The notes: generated by a model not told the origin, from the letters alone. Counted from the first letter of the stretch, positions 1 through 10,875 are shown. The stretch is 32,000 bases of DNA from Candidatus Saccharimonadota bacterium (GCA_049942765.1 CP188086.1:180001-212000), one strand, 5' to 3'. A program made the numbers and translations.

Positions 1-241
1 AGATTCTAAAGAAAAAGTTTATGTACAACATAAAATTTGGAATAAGGGTCAGGAAGTATGGAATTGGATAAATAATGGTGCTTATATTTATGTCTGTGGT
101 GATAAAACAAATATGGCTAAAGATGTTGAATCAATATTATTAAAAATTATTTTAAAATATGGATCAATGAATATTGATCAAGGAAATGAATATATTGATA
201 ATTTACGTATAAATCATCGTTATCAAAGAGATGTATATTAA
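1..241 (+). CDS. cysJ: sulfite reductase [NADPH] flavoprotein alpha subunit, 3' end only (5' part lies upstream of the window)
   Basis: The frame starting at nt 2 reads [79 protein letters not shown]. This is colinear with the remembered E. coli CysJ C-terminus (...IYVCGD..RMAKDV...RRYQRDVY*). Stop TAA at 239-241 overlaps the cysI ATG by 1 nt (TAATG). Confidence 0.9.
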   Translation, partial: DSKEKVYVQHKIWNKGQEVWNWINNGAYIYVCGDKTNMAKDVESILLKIILKYGSMNIDQGNEYIDNLRINHRYQRDVY

Positions 242-1959
242 TGACTAAAAATAAAAAATATGCTCTGATTAATAAAAAACAAAAAATGTTGTCAGAGTTT
301 GAACGTATTAAAGAAAACAGTAATTATTTAAGAGGTTCTATTATTGATGATTTGCATGATCAATTGACAAATGGTTTTAAAGGAGATAACTATTCTTTGA
401 TTAGATTTCATGGAATGTATCAGCAGGATGATCGGGATATTCGTCTTGAAAGAAAAATGCAAAAATTAGAGCCCAGGCATGCGATGATGTTACGATGTCG
501 TTTGCCGGGAGGTATTATTACTCCATTGCAATGGTTAGCTATTGATCAATTTGTCAATGATCATACCATATATCAATCTATTCGTTTAACAAATCGTCAA
601 ACTTTTCAAATACATGGAATTTTTAAAAATAAATTAAAAATGATTCATAAAGTATTAAATAAAGTAGGTTTAGATTCATTAGGAACAGCTAATGATGTTA
701 ATAGAAATGTATTATGCACATCAAATCCCATTGAATCATGGGTTCATCATGAAGTATATTTATGGGCTAAACACATTTCTGAACATTTATTACCTAGAAC
801 TACAGCTTACGCAGAAATTTGGTTAGATAAAAAAAAAATCATGTCCACTGATCATGAACCAATTTTAGGTAATCGATATTTACCTAGAAAGTTTAAAACT
901 GGTATTGTAATCCCACCAAATAATGATATCGATTTACATGCTAATGATTTGAATTTAATTGCAGTTGTATGTGATAATAAATTAATTGGTTTTAATGTAT
1001 TAGTAGGCGGAGGATTATCTATTGAGCATAATAATCATTCAACTTGGCCGTCATTATCAATTGCACTTGGTTTTGTGTCATTAAAAAACATACTATGTAT
1101 AGTTGAATCTATAGTGACCACACAAAGAGATTGGGGAGATCGAAGTAATCGAAAAAATGCTAAAACTAGATATACTTTAAATAAATATGGTATAGATAAT
1201 TTTAAATATGAAGTTGAAGATCGATCAGGTATTAAGTTTAAATCAATTTATCCTTATAAATTTTCTATGCGAGGTGACGAGTTTGGATGGAAAAAAGGGA
1301 TTGATAATAAATGGCATTATACATTGTACGTACCTGGTGGTCGATTATTAAATGATGAAAATAATTTATTTCGATCTGGTGTTGCAGATATTGCAAAAAT
1401 TCATACTGGTGATTTTAGATTGACTGCTAATCAAAATTTAATAGTAGCAGGTGTTGAAGAGTCTAATAAAATTCTTATTGAAAAAATAATATTAGATTAT
1501 CGATTAGAGTCTGAGTATTCTAATTTTGAGAAAAGTGCAATGGCTTGTGTATCCTTCCCAACTTGTCCATTAGCTATGGCTGAATCTGAGCGTGTTTTGT
1601 TTATTTTTTTAAAAAAAATAGAAAAAATAATGTTGAAATATAGTATTGGTAAAAGAAATATTGTATTTCGAATTTCGGGTTGTCCTAATGGATGCGGTCG
1701 ATCATTGTTATCTGAAATTGGTTTAATTGGTAAATCTTTAGGTCGATATAACCTATATCTAGGTGGAAATAGTATAGGTACTAGATTAGCTTCTTTACAT
1801 TCTGAAAATTTAAATGAGGAGAGTATTTTTAATACATTAGATAATTTAATTAAATTATGGTCCATTTATGGTGAGAATAAAGAAGAGTTTGGTGACTTCT
1901 GTATTCGATATAAAATTATTAAAGAAATTAAAAATTCTAAATATGATTTTTGGAATTAG
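241..1959 (+). CDS. cysI: sulfite reductase [NADPH] hemoprotein beta subunit
   Basis: 572-aa ORF (E. coli CysI is about 570 aa). It has the siroheme/4Fe-4S cysteine clusters ([16 protein letters not shown] and [11 protein letters not shown]). Position between cysJ and cysH matches the cysJIH operon. Confidence 0.95.
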   Translation: MTKNKKYALINKKQKMLSEFERIKENSNYLRGSIIDDLHDQLTNGFKGDNYSLIRFHGMYQQDDRDIRLERKMQKLEPRHAMMLRCRLPGGIITPLQWLAIDQFVNDHTIYQSIRLTNRQTFQIHGIFKNKLKMIHKVLNKVGLDSLGTANDVNRNVLCTSNPIESWVHHEVYLWAKHISEHLLPRTTAYAEIWLDKKKIMSTDHEPILGNRYLPRKFKTGIVIPPNNDIDLHANDLNLIAVVCDNKLIGFNVLVGGGLSIEHNNHSTWPSLSIALGFVSLKNILCIVESIVTTQRDWGDRSNRKNAKTRYTLNKYGIDNFKYEVEDRSGIKFKSIYPYKFSMRGDEFGWKKGIDNKWHYTLYVPGGRLLNDENNLFRSGVADIAKIHTGDFRLTANQNLIVAGVEESNKILIEKIILDYRLESEYSNFEKSAMACVSFPTCPLAMAESERVLFIFLKKIEKIMLKYSIGKRNIVFRISGCPNGCGRSLLSEIGLIGKSLGRYNLYLGGNSIGTRLASLHSENLNEESIFNTLDNLIKLWSIYGENKEEFGDFCIRYKIIKEIKNSKYDFWN

Positions 1960-1978
1960 TTATTATATAGGAGTTAAT

Positions 1979-2716
1979 ATGATATCAACATTAGATTTAA
2001 GTTATTTAAACAAATTAAGTTTAAAAAATCAAGTATTAGAATTAAATCAAATTAATATATTATGGAAAAATTTCAATATTAATCAAAGAATTGATTGGAT
2101 TTTCGAGAAACTTCCAAAAAATATTGTAATGTCATCTAGTTTCGGTTTACATTCTGTTGTGTTATTGCATTTGCTTGTTACTGCAGATCCTAATATTCCA
2201 GTTATTTTTATTGATACTGGATATTTGTTTTTAGAAACATACCAATATGTTGATTTATTGACTAAGGCATTAAATTTAAATATAAAAATTTTTAGATCTA
2301 GATTATCTCCAGCTTGGCAAGAGTGTCGTTATGGAAAATTATGGGAACAAGGTGTTTCTGGATTGGAAAAATATAATTATATAAATAAAATAAAGCCTAT
2401 GAAGACAGCTTTATCAGAATTAATGGCTCAGTCTTGGTTGTCAGGATTGAGATATGATCAATCTAAATTTCGTGCAAATTTAAAATATATTTCTATACAA
2501 AATAATATTTTTAAAGTATTACCGATTATTGATTGGTCTGTGGAAAAATTAAAAAAATATATTAGTAAAAATAATTTGTTATCTCATCCATTAACTAATA
2601 ATGGATATGTGTCGTTAGGGGATATTCATACTACTCATAAATATGTATCTGGTATGTCATCAGATGACACTAGATTTTTTGGTTTGCAAAGAGAATGTGG
2701 ATTGCACAATAAATGA
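1979..2716 (+). CDS. cysH: phosphoadenosine phosphosulfate (PAPS) reductase
   Basis: The track ORF starts at 1868 and overlaps the cysI 3' end. The ATG at 1979 follows AGGAG (1969-1973) and gives 245 aa (E. coli 244 aa). The C-terminus SLGDIHTTHKY...TRFFGLQRECGLHNK matches the E. coli PAPS-type signature (SVGDTHTT...RFFGLKRECGLHEG). Confidence 0.9.
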   Translation: MISTLDLSYLNKLSLKNQVLELNQINILWKNFNINQRIDWIFEKLPKNIVMSSSFGLHSVVLLHLLVTADPNIPVIFIDTGYLFLETYQYVDLLTKALNLNIKIFRSRLSPAWQECRYGKLWEQGVSGLEKYNYINKIKPMKTALSELMAQSWLSGLRYDQSKFRANLKYISIQNNIFKVLPIIDWSVEKLKKYISKNNLLSHPLTNNGYVSLGDIHTTHKYVSGMSSDDTRFFGLQRECGLHNK

Positions 2717-2746
2717 TGTAATTAGGTGTTGCAACATTATATTGAT

Positions 2747-2766
2747 AACATCAAGTGATGTTTTTT
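2747..2766 (+). terminator. weak hairpin plus T-run downstream of cysH (possible intrinsic terminator)
   Basis: aacatc(2747-2752)-aagt-gatgtt(2757-2762) followed by tttt(2763-2766)atta. It lies 31 nt after the cysH stop. The stem is only 6 bp and AT-rich, so support is weak. A 10-nt perfect palindrome tgttgcaaca (2727-2736) lies just upstream. Confidence 0.3.
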
Positions 2767-2988
2767 ATTAATATTAATTAATAATGATTTTATATTTATG
2801 ATTGTTGTTTAGTAAATTTTTTTTTGTTATTTATTTATGTAATTAATAAAATATATGATTATTTAAATATTATGTCAATATCAATTAAAATTTTTTAATA
2901 TTATGATATTTGATGTATAGAATAATAAACTGTTATAATTTATATAATTAAATTATTGATATAGTTGACTATTGAATATAAGGTTAAA

Positions 2989-4377
2989 GTGAATTATCTC
3001 CCTATTTTTTTAGATTTAAAATCAAAATGTATTTTAATAGTTGGTGGTGGTGTTGTTGCATATCGTAAGACACAATTGTTAATTAAAACGGGTGCTATAA
3101 TTAAGATTTTATCTCATACTTTATCTCCTGAATTATTACAATTAAGTAATCAAAAAAAAATTATTTGGATCCAGGATGTTTTTCATGAAATGTATTTACA
3201 AGAAATATATTTAGTTATTGCAGCTACTAATGATCATGATTTAAATAAGGTTATAGTTGAATGTGCTAATAAAAAATTTTTGTTAGTTAATGTTGTTGAT
3301 GATTTAAAAAAATGTTCATTTATCTTTCCGTCTATAGTTAATCGTTCACCAATTATTGTAGCTGTATCATCTAGTGGTAATGCTCCAGTATTGTCTAAGT
3401 TAATTCGAAATAAAATAGAATTATTGTTGCCATTTAAATTAGGAAAGGTTGCTACATTAGCTGGTAAATTACGTAATGTAGTAAAAAAAATGTTTTTTAA
3501 GGCTAGTGAACGTCGTTATTTTTGGGAAAGAATTTTTAATGGATCATTTATTGATGCAGTTGTTAACAATAATTTACCATTGGCTATGAAATTATTTTAT
3601 TTATCGATGAATAACTTAAATAGAGCGTTAGGGGAGTTAATTTTAGTTGGTGCTGGTCCTGGAGATGTTGGTTTATTAACATTACGAGGTTTTCAAGTTT
3701 TACAACAAGCTGATGTAGTTTTATATGATTATTTAATACATAAAGATATGTTAAATTTAGTTCGGTTTGATGCTCGTTGTATTTATGTTGGGAAAAATAC
3801 AGGTGATGTAAAGTTATCTTGGATTCAATCAGATATTAATAAATTGATTGTTGAATTAGTTAAAGATGGTAAAAAAGTAGTAAGATTAAAAGGTGGAGAT
3901 CCATTTGTGTTTGGTAGAGGTGGAGATGAAATAGAAGCTGTAAAAAATATTGGTGGTAACTTTCAGATTGTACCTGGTATTACATCTTCTGTTGGAGTAA
4001 CAGCATATGCAGGTATTCCATTAACACATCGTAATTATTCCAGTAGTGTGTTGTTGGTTAATAGTTGTTCAGTAGATTTTATTAACGGAATAGATTGGTT
4101 ATCTTTATCAAAGTTATTATATACTATAGTAATATATATGTGTCGAACAAAAAGTAAACTAATTTTCAACACTTTATTGAAGAACAATTTTTCTCTTAAA
4201 ACTCCAGTTGCAATTATTTCTAATGGTACTACAGTTCAACAAAAAGTACAGATTGGACAATTACATGATTTAGAAAAATTGATTAATCAATCTACTGGTC
4301 CTACTTTGTTAGTTATAGGAAAAGTAGTTTGTTTACATAAACAATTTCAATGGTTTAATATATCTAATATTAGTTAG
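2989..4377 (+). CDS. cysG: siroheme synthase (uroporphyrinogen-III C-methyltransferase / precorrin-2 dehydrogenase / sirohydrochlorin ferrochelatase)
   Basis: The N-terminal Rossmann motif (ILIVGGGVVAYRK) and C-terminal SUMT motifs (LVGAGPGDVGLLTLRG, RLKGGDPFVFGRGGDE, VPGITS) are colinear with E. coli CysG. The track ORF starts at TTG 2965. I prefer GTG 2989 because it is preceded by aagg (2980-2983) and then aligns residue-for-residue with the E. coli N-terminus (MDHLPIF vs VNYLPIF). The start is uncertain by 24 nt. Confidence 0.9.
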   Translation: MNYLPIFLDLKSKCILIVGGGVVAYRKTQLLIKTGAIIKILSHTLSPELLQLSNQKKIIWIQDVFHEMYLQEIYLVIAATNDHDLNKVIVECANKKFLLVNVVDDLKKCSFIFPSIVNRSPIIVAVSSSGNAPVLSKLIRNKIELLLPFKLGKVATLAGKLRNVVKKMFFKASERRYFWERIFNGSFIDAVVNNNLPLAMKLFYLSMNNLNRALGELILVGAGPGDVGLLTLRGFQVLQQADVVLYDYLIHKDMLNLVRFDARCIYVGKNTGDVKLSWIQSDINKLIVELVKDGKKVVRLKGGDPFVFGRGGDEIEAVKNIGGNFQIVPGITSSVGVTAYAGIPLTHRNYSSSVLLVNSCSVDFINGIDWLSLSKLLYTIVIYMCRTKSKLIFNTLLKNNFSLKTPVAIISNGTTVQQKVQIGQLHDLEKLINQSTGPTLLVIGKVVCLHKQFQWFNISNIS

Positions 4378-4423
4378 AATTAAATTATATTTTTCATTAG
4401 GATGAACAAAAAGATTAAATATT

Positions 4424-5335
4424 ATGTATAACAATCATTTAACTCATTTACGTCAGTTAGAGTCAGAAAGTATTTATATATTTAGGGAAGTTGCATCAGA
4501 ATTTAGTAATCCGGTTATGTTATATTCTATAGGTAAAGATTCTTCTGTTATGTTGCATTTAGCTAGAAAAGCATTTTTTCCAGGTAATATACCTTTTCCA
4601 TTGTTACATATTGATACTGGTTGGAAATTTCAAGATATGTATAAGTTTAGGGAAAAGATAATAAATAATGTTACTGAAGAATTAATTATTTATCTTAATA
4701 AAGATGGATTAAATTTGAATATTACCCCTTTTACTTATAGTAGTACTAAATATACGGATATTATGAAAACAGAAGGATTAAAACAGGCTATTAGTAAATA
4801 TAAATTTGATGGTGCTTTTGGAGGAGGTCGTCGAGACGAAGAGAAATCTCGTTCTAAAGAAAGAGTATATTCCTTTCGTGATTGTTATAATCGATGGGAT
4901 CCAAAAAAACAACGTCCTGAATTATGGAATAATTATAATAGTAAAATTAATCAAGGCGAAAATATGCGTATTTTTCCATTGTCTAATTGGACTGAGCTTG
5001 ATATTTGGGAATATATTTTATTGGAAAATATTGAGGTTGTTCCTTTATATTTTGCAGCATCTAGACCTATATTAGAAAGAGATGGTAAACTATTATTAGT
5101 AGATGACATCAGTAAAATTTTAATACATTCAGATGAAATAATTACTTCACGAATGGTTAGGTTTCGTACATTAGGTTGTTGGCCTTTAACAAGTGCAATA
5201 GAATCTCATGCACAAACAGTGCCTGAGATAATTGAAGAAATGTCATTACTGACCACTAGTGAAAGGAGTAATAGAATTATTGATCATGATCAACAAAACT
5301 CTATGGAATTAAAAAAACGACAAGGATATTTCTAA
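4424..5335 (+). CDS. cysD: sulfate adenylyltransferase subunit 2
   Basis: 303 aa (E. coli 302 aa). It has the PAPS-reductase/ATP-PPase fold motif [15 protein letters not shown] and the C-terminus ...[10 protein letters not shown], as in CysD. It is followed directly by cysN. Confidence 0.95.
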   Translation: MYNNHLTHLRQLESESIYIFREVASEFSNPVMLYSIGKDSSVMLHLARKAFFPGNIPFPLLHIDTGWKFQDMYKFREKIINNVTEELIIYLNKDGLNLNITPFTYSSTKYTDIMKTEGLKQAISKYKFDGAFGGGRRDEEKSRSKERVYSFRDCYNRWDPKKQRPELWNNYNSKINQGENMRIFPLSNWTELDIWEYILLENIEVVPLYFAASRPILERDGKLLLVDDISKILIHSDEIITSRMVRFRTLGCWPLTSAIESHAQTVPEIIEEMSLLTTSERSNRIIDHDQQNSMELKKRQGYF

Positions 5336-5349
5336 GGATTATTAAATAT

Positions 5350-6777
5350 ATGAAAAGTGTTGTTTTAAATAAAATTAGTACCAATTTTCAAGGTAATGAT
5401 ACTGATAAAACATTATTCAGTAAGGATAAAAGTTTATTAAAATTATTAACATGTGGTAGCGTTGATGACGGAAAAAGTACTTTAATAGGTTGTTTATTAC
5501 ATGATACTAAACATGTATATGATGATCAATTATCATCTTTAAATCAAGATAGCAAGCGATATGGAACTCAAGGAATGTCTTTAGATTATTCTTTATTAGT
5601 CGATGGATTAAAGGCAGAAATAGAACAAGGAATTACTATTGATGTAGCATATAGATATTTTTCTACAAAGAAACGTAAATTTATTATTGTTGATACACCA
5701 GGTCATGAGCAATATACTAGAAATATGGTTACGGGTGCTTCTACATGTTCATTATCAATATTATTAATTGATGCAAGAAAAGGGATGTTGGAACAAACTA
5801 AAAGACATGCGTTTATTTCATATTTACTTGGTATAAAATATTTAATTGTTGCTATAAATAAAATGGATTTAGTAGATTATAAACATTCTGTTTTTTATTC
5901 AATTAGTAAACAATTTCTTAATTTTTTAAAAATTGCTAAATTTAGTTTTAAAGTTGAGTTTGTACCTATTTCAGCTTTATTAGGTGAAAATGTTGTTGTA
6001 AGTAGTGTGAATATGAATTGGTATACTGGATTAACGTTATTACGTATATTAGAAGATATTGATATTGTTTTTTCTCATAGTAATGAGTTAATTTTTCCAG
6101 TTCAATATGTTAATCGTCCTAATTTAGATTTTCGTGGTTATTCAGGTACAATAGTTGCTGGAAAAGTACATGTTAATCAACAAGTTAAAGTATTACCTTC
6201 AGGATTATTTACAACGATTAAAAAAATTGTTACTTTTGATGGTGATTTGTCTGTTGCACAATTAGGTCAATCAATTACGTTAGTATTGAATGATAATATA
6301 GATATTTCTCGTGGAGATATAATTGTGGATACAAGGTCTATATTACATCCAGTTCGAGAGTTATTTATCGATATGATTTGGATGTCAGAAAAATCAATGA
6401 GAATTAAAGATTTTTATCTTATGCAAGTGGCTGGGAAAAGAGTAAAAATCCATATTAAAGATATTTTATATCATCAAAATATTAATGATTTTACAAAAGT
6501 TTCTGCGACGAAGCTACAGTTAAATTGCATTGGTTATGTTCATATAATATGTGATGAACCAATTATTGTAGATCTTTATAAAAATAATAAAATTATGGGT
6601 GGTTTAATTTTTATTGATTTAATTACTAATATTACTGTAGGTGCTGGAATTGTAAGAAAAATTATAGATTTAAATAATAGTGTAATTACTAAAGATATGA
6701 AATTGTTTGAAATAGAGTTGAATTCATTGATTTGTCGTTATTTTCCAGAATGGAAAATGAAAAAAATTAATAAATAG
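5350..6777 (+). CDS. cysN: sulfate adenylyltransferase subunit 1 (GTPase)
   Basis: 475 aa (E. coli 475 aa). GTPase motifs GSVDDGKST, DTPGHEQY and NKMD are present. aagga lies upstream of the ATG. Confidence 0.95.
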   Translation: MKSVVLNKISTNFQGNDTDKTLFSKDKSLLKLLTCGSVDDGKSTLIGCLLHDTKHVYDDQLSSLNQDSKRYGTQGMSLDYSLLVDGLKAEIEQGITIDVAYRYFSTKKRKFIIVDTPGHEQYTRNMVTGASTCSLSILLIDARKGMLEQTKRHAFISYLLGIKYLIVAINKMDLVDYKHSVFYSISKQFLNFLKIAKFSFKVEFVPISALLGENVVVSSVNMNWYTGLTLLRILEDIDIVFSHSNELIFPVQYVNRPNLDFRGYSGTIVAGKVHVNQQVKVLPSGLFTTIKKIVTFDGDLSVAQLGQSITLVLNDNIDISRGDIIVDTRSILHPVRELFIDMIWMSEKSMRIKDFYLMQVAGKRVKIHIKDILYHQNINDFTKVSATKLQLNCIGYVHIICDEPIIVDLYKNNKIMGGLIFIDLITNITVGAGIVRKIIDLNNSVITKDMKLFEIELNSLICRYFPEWKMKKINK

Positions 6778-6792
6778 GAGTATAAAAGTAAT

Positions 6793-7398
6793 TTGAATAA
6801 ATTAAATAAAAATAATTTAAAAGTTCATATGCATATTGTTAATCGTAAATTAAGAGAACAATTACATGGACATAAATCTGTAGTATTATGGTTGACTGGT
6901 TTATCAGGTGCTGGAAAATCTACTATAGCTAGTAAATTAGAAGAATATTTATTTAGAAAAAATATTAGTACATATTTATTAGATGGTGATAATGTAAGAT
7001 ATGGTTTATGTCAAGATTTATCTTTTTCAGAATTAGATCGCCAAGAAAATATGAGAAGAGTAGGTGAAGTTATTAAATTAATGATTGATGCAGGATTATT
7101 AGTGATTGCTGCATTTATATCTCCATTAATAGTAAATCGACAGTTAATTAAAAAAATTGTTGGTATGTCTAGTTTTTTAGAAATTTATGTTGATACTCCT
7201 TTAAAAGTTTGTGAAAAGAGAGATCCAAAGGGATTATATCACAAAGCAAAATTAGGTTTGATATCTAATTTTACAGGTATTAATGCTATTTATGAAAAAC
7301 CATTATCACCAGACATATATATTAATGGATCTTTATCATTAACTCAGATAGTTCAGATAATTATATGTGAGTTAGAAAATAGAAATATTTTACAGTAG
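6793..7398 (+). CDS. cysC: adenylylsulfate (APS) kinase
   Basis: 201 aa (E. coli 201 aa) with P-loop [11 protein letters not shown]. The TTG start at 6793 follows AGGAG (6776-6780), which overlaps the cysN stop. The first in-frame ATG (6829) would remove conserved N-terminal length. Confidence 0.9.
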   Translation: MNKLNKNNLKVHMHIVNRKLREQLHGHKSVVLWLTGLSGAGKSTIASKLEEYLFRKNISTYLLDGDNVRYGLCQDLSFSELDRQENMRRVGEVIKLMIDAGLLVIAAFISPLIVNRQLIKKIVGMSSFLEIYVDTPLKVCEKRDPKGLYHKAKLGLISNFTGINAIYEKPLSPDIYINGSLSLTQIVQIIICELENRNILQ

Positions 7399-9570
7399 CT
7401 AGAAATATAAGATGTGCGTGTTGATTTTGAATTTTAATGATTTTTATTTCATTATAAAAGTATCTAATTTTTATTAGTTTTTATATAGATAAATATCTAT
7501 TTTAGTGGAATTTATTCATCATATTTTACTAATTTTAATTATTTATTCTTAGTGATGTTAAATTAAAATATATTTTTTAAATTTTTTAAGATATTTTTAA
7601 TTTAATTCTATTAAACATACAAATATTAATTCTTAAATATTTAAAAAAAAATGCATTAATTCATTGTAGTGTGATATAACCTACATAATGTGAGTTATTT
7701 ATTTTTACTTCTAATAATTAAAATATTTTTTTTAAACTGTTTCTTATTTATATTTCAGGTTTTTAATGGAGATGTTGATTTAATTATATTAATTAAATAT
7801 TTTTAAGTTTTTTATATTTTTTAGCTAAATATTTAAACTGTTTATTTATAGAAAAACAATATTTATATTTATAATAATAGATTATATATATTATTAATTT
7901 AATAATTAAATATTATTTTTTATTGATAAATTATTAATTTTTATTATTGATACATAATTTTTATTAATGTAACAAAAATGATATTTAGTAGTATTTAACA
8001 TTAGTAAAGATCATTTATTGTGAATGTTAATAGTTTATATTATATATATATTTTTATGAAAATATAATTAAATTTTTAATTTATTTTAATTTCATGATTA
8101 TTCTTATTTTATTTATATTTGTGTATGAGATATGGTATTTTATATGTTTGGAATATAGTTTTTCATAAAATAGATTTTTTATGTATCATATATCCAATAT
8201 TTTTATATTTAATGATTATTCGAACATGTATGAATTACTTTTATATAAAATTATATATAATTGTAGTATAAATATAGATAATAGTTATTTTAGTTTGTTT
8301 ATTTATTTATATTTATATTGTTTGAATATAATATTATTAATATACATTAGTTAAATGTATATATCTAAAAATAACATATAAATATAAAAAAATGCTACTT
8401 TATTGTTATTTTGTTTGTTTTTAACATATAAAAATGTTATTTAATATTTTCATTTTTGGTATCATAATTACATAATAATATTTATAATATTGATGTTTAT
8501 TTTTTATTTATTTAGATAATTTATTTTTTATAATATAACGTCTATTATATATATGTAGTGATTGTCTGAAATTTTTTGGTTTAAAAAATATTTTTAAATA
8601 TGTTTTTAATATTTATATGGAATATATAAGAGTATATTATTTATGTAATAATATGTATTTTCTTTCTAAGAGATTTGTAGTCTTAGATGAAATATGAAAT
8701 TATTTTTTTTATATTATAAACATTGCTTCTAGTGTTAATTAATTCTATAAGATATATATCTTAATTTATTTTTGTATGTATATATGAATAAATATATTTG
8801 ATAAAAAGTTATTATATTTTATATAAACAAATTTTTATAATATAAATTCAAATATTGGAGTTACAAAAGTTTTAGATGAATTAATATGTATTAATTGTTT
8901 AAATTGAATCAATTAGGAATAAATTAATGTTTTTGTTAAATTTTTATTATAAAAATTAATTATTTATTACGATAATATCGTTTCTTAATAAAAAATTTTT
9001 TAAATTATAAATAATGACAATGATGTATATAGTCACATATATATTGTTCGATGATTGTTATCGAAATATATTTTTATTATTGTAGTAAATGTAGTATTTA
9101 TTTTTGATATATAATTTTTTTAATAACATATATTTTTATTTGTAAAAAATCGTTAATTTTTAATATATGAAACTATTTTTTTAAACGTTTTTTTGATATT
9201 AAGTTTAGTTAGTAAAAAATATATTTTGTTTTTTTTTATAATAACTGTTTAATTTTTAAAAATATTATTGTTTTTTTTTATATTTATTAAATATTATTAA
9301 TATTAAATTTATTAATGTTTTACTCTAAAATAATAATACATTTATAAAATGTTTATAATGAATCAGAATAAGTATTCTAAACATCTATGATATATATAAA
9401 AATCATTTATTTTTTTTTGATTACATGTATTTTTTATTGATTTGATTTATTTTATATATTTTCATAGTTTTTTGTTAACCATCATTGTAAATGGTTAACA
9501 AAAATGAATATAAATATCTTTAATCAAAATCTAATTTTAATTATAATATGTGTAATATTAACTCTATTAA
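7399..9570. other. 2.17-kb gene-free, extremely AT-rich spacer between convergent cysC and eno
   Basis: The supplied six-frame track has no ORF here. By eye the sequence is almost pure A/T with only scattered G/C. I could recognise no tRNA-like or rRNA-like block, no repeat array, and no homolog in the short reading frames I translated by hand. Confidence 0.7.
9469..9504. repeat. 14-bp perfect inverted repeat (hairpin) about 67 nt downstream of the eno stop
   Basis: tttttgttaaccat (9469-9482), loop cattgtaa, atggttaacaaaaa (9491-9504). The T5/A5 flanks are part of the stem, so there is no canonical U-tail on either strand. Confidence 0.5.
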
Positions 9571-10875
9571 TTAAAGAATTTGTTTTAGTTCTTTTCTACC
9601 ATGATAAGGTGCTTTTTTATATCCTAATTGTTCTTCAATTCTAATTAATTGATTATATTTAGCTACACGTTCAGATCTACTCATAGAACCTGTTTTAATT
9701 TGACCAGATGCAGTACCTACCGACAGATCAGAGATGGTAGTATCTTCTGTTTCTCCTGATCTATGAGAAATAATTGTAGCATAATTAGATTCTTTAGCTA
9801 GTTTTATAGTTTCTAAAGTTTCTGTTAATGTACCTATTTGGTTTAATTTAATTAAAATAGCATTAGTAATGTTTTTTTTTATTCCAGTTCTTAATATATT
9901 TTTGTTAGTGACAAATACATCGTCTCCGACTAATTGAATTCTATTTCCTAATCTATTAGTTTGATATTCAAACCCTTTCCAATCTAATTCAGATTGTCCG
10001 TCTTCTATGGAAGTAATATGATATTTATCAATCAATGTTTCTAAGTAGTAAGTAAACTCTTTTGAAGTAAAACTTTTTTTTTCTCCTTTGAGATGATATT
10101 TTTTATCATTTATGTTGTACAATTCGGAAGCGGCACAATCTAAAGCTATTGTAATATCTTTTCCTAATGTATAATCAGTATTTTTAATACTATCATGTAT
10201 AATTTGTAATGCTTCTTCATTGGAATTTAAATTAGGAGCATACCCTCCTTCATCACCTACTGCAGTGTTCATACCCTTTTTTGTTAAATTTTTAGATAAT
10301 TGATGAAAAATTGTTGATCCCATGTGAATGGCTTCTTTAATATTATTAGCACTAATGGGTTGAATCATAAATTCTTGTATATCTATATTATTATTTGCAT
10401 GTTTTCCTCCATTTATTATATTAATCATAGGTAATGGCATGGAAAAAAAACCAGGAAAACCGTATAGTTCTGAAATATATTGATACAATGGCACATGTTT
10501 AAAATAAGCAGATGTTTTTGCTATAGCTAATGAAACGGCTAAAATTGCATTAGCACCTAAGTTCGATTTATTTTCGGTGCCATCTAATTTAATCATCATT
10601 AAATCGATTTTTTTTTGATTAGTGACATCTTCTTGATATAAGAGTTCATTGATTTTTGTATTGATGTTATGAACAGCTTTTTTTACTCCCTTACCTGAGT
10701 AATAGGAAAGATCGTTATCTCTTAGTTCTAATGCTTCTTTTAATCCGGTAGAAGCCCCTGATGGAATTGAAGCTAATCCGATAAAACCACTTTTAATATG
10801 TACTTCTGCTTCAACAGTAGGATATCCTCTTGAATCAATAATTTCTCGAGCAATAATTTTATTTATTTTGTTCAT
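9571..10875 (-). CDS. eno: enolase
   Basis: The track ORF extends to 11031 and overlaps pyrG. The internal ATG at 10875 gives [25 protein letters not shown]..., 434 aa (E. coli 432 aa, [25 protein letters not shown]). AGGA overlapping the pyrG stop lies about 7 nt upstream. Confidence 0.95.
   Translation of the reverse strand: MNKINKIIAREIIDSRGYPTVEAEVHIKSGFIGLASIPSGASTGLKEALELRDNDLSYYSGKGVKKAVHNINTKINELLYQEDVTNQKKIDLMMIKLDGTENKSNLGANAILAVSLAIAKTSAYFKHVPLYQYISELYGFPGFFSMPLPMINIINGGKHANNNIDIQEFMIQPISANNIKEAIHMGSTIFHQLSKNLTKKGMNTAVGDEGGYAPNLNSNEEALQIIHDSIKNTDYTLGKDITIALDCAASELYNINDKKYHLKGEKKSFTSKEFTYYLETLIDKYHITSIEDGQSELDWKGFEYQTNRLGNRIQLVGDDVFVTNKNILRTGIKKNITNAILIKLNQIGTLTETLETIKLAKESNYATIISHRSGETEDTTISDLSVGTASGQIKTGSMSRSERVAKYNQLIRIEEQLGYKKAPYHGRKELKQIL

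Noticed and set aside
1497-1865. Track ORFs lying antisense to, or out of frame within, well-supported genes: 1497-1865(-) in cysI, 4806-5075(+) in cysD, 18886-19098(+) opposite gshA, 21627-21833(+) and 22118-22411(+) opposite alaS, 27745-27972(+) opposite rplS, 30417-30791(+) opposite ffh.
   Set aside because: All lie entirely, or almost entirely, inside genes with strong homology-based support. Their translations are low-complexity and I/F/L/K/N-rich, with no recognisable motif. They look like shadow ORFs, which AT-rich coding DNA is expected to produce.
2717-2988. Possible CRISPR or cas remnants between cysH and cysD, which is the E. coli K-12 CRISPR-Cas locus position.
   Set aside because: The interval contains only a spacer of about 250 nt plus an intact cysG. 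I saw no direct repeats of 25-40 nt with regular spacing here or anywhere else in the window.
7670-7715. dif-like (XerC/D) site in the large spacer: ...acctaCATAATGTgagTTATttattt resembles part of the E. coli dif sequence GGTGCGCATAATGTATATTATGTTAAAT.
   Set aside because: Only the CATAATGT core and a few flanking A/T positions match. The XerC arm (GGTGCG) is absent and about 6 of 11 XerD-arm positions match. That level of similarity is expected by chance in DNA this AT-rich.
8031-8055. Short (TA)n run and many A/T-only mini-palindromes and direct repeats throughout the spacers.
   Set aside because: These are low-complexity sequences expected by chance at this base composition. They show no consistent unit length, spacing or copy structure.
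7399-9570. CsrB/CsrC-like sponge RNA for the retained CsrA hidden in the large spacer.
   Set aside because: I found only about six GGA trinucleotides scattered over 2.2 kb (near 7506, 7767, 8150, 8618, 8856 and 8915). None sits in recurring hairpin-loop contexts, whereas CsrB-type RNAs carry many clustered GGA motifs within a few hundred nt.
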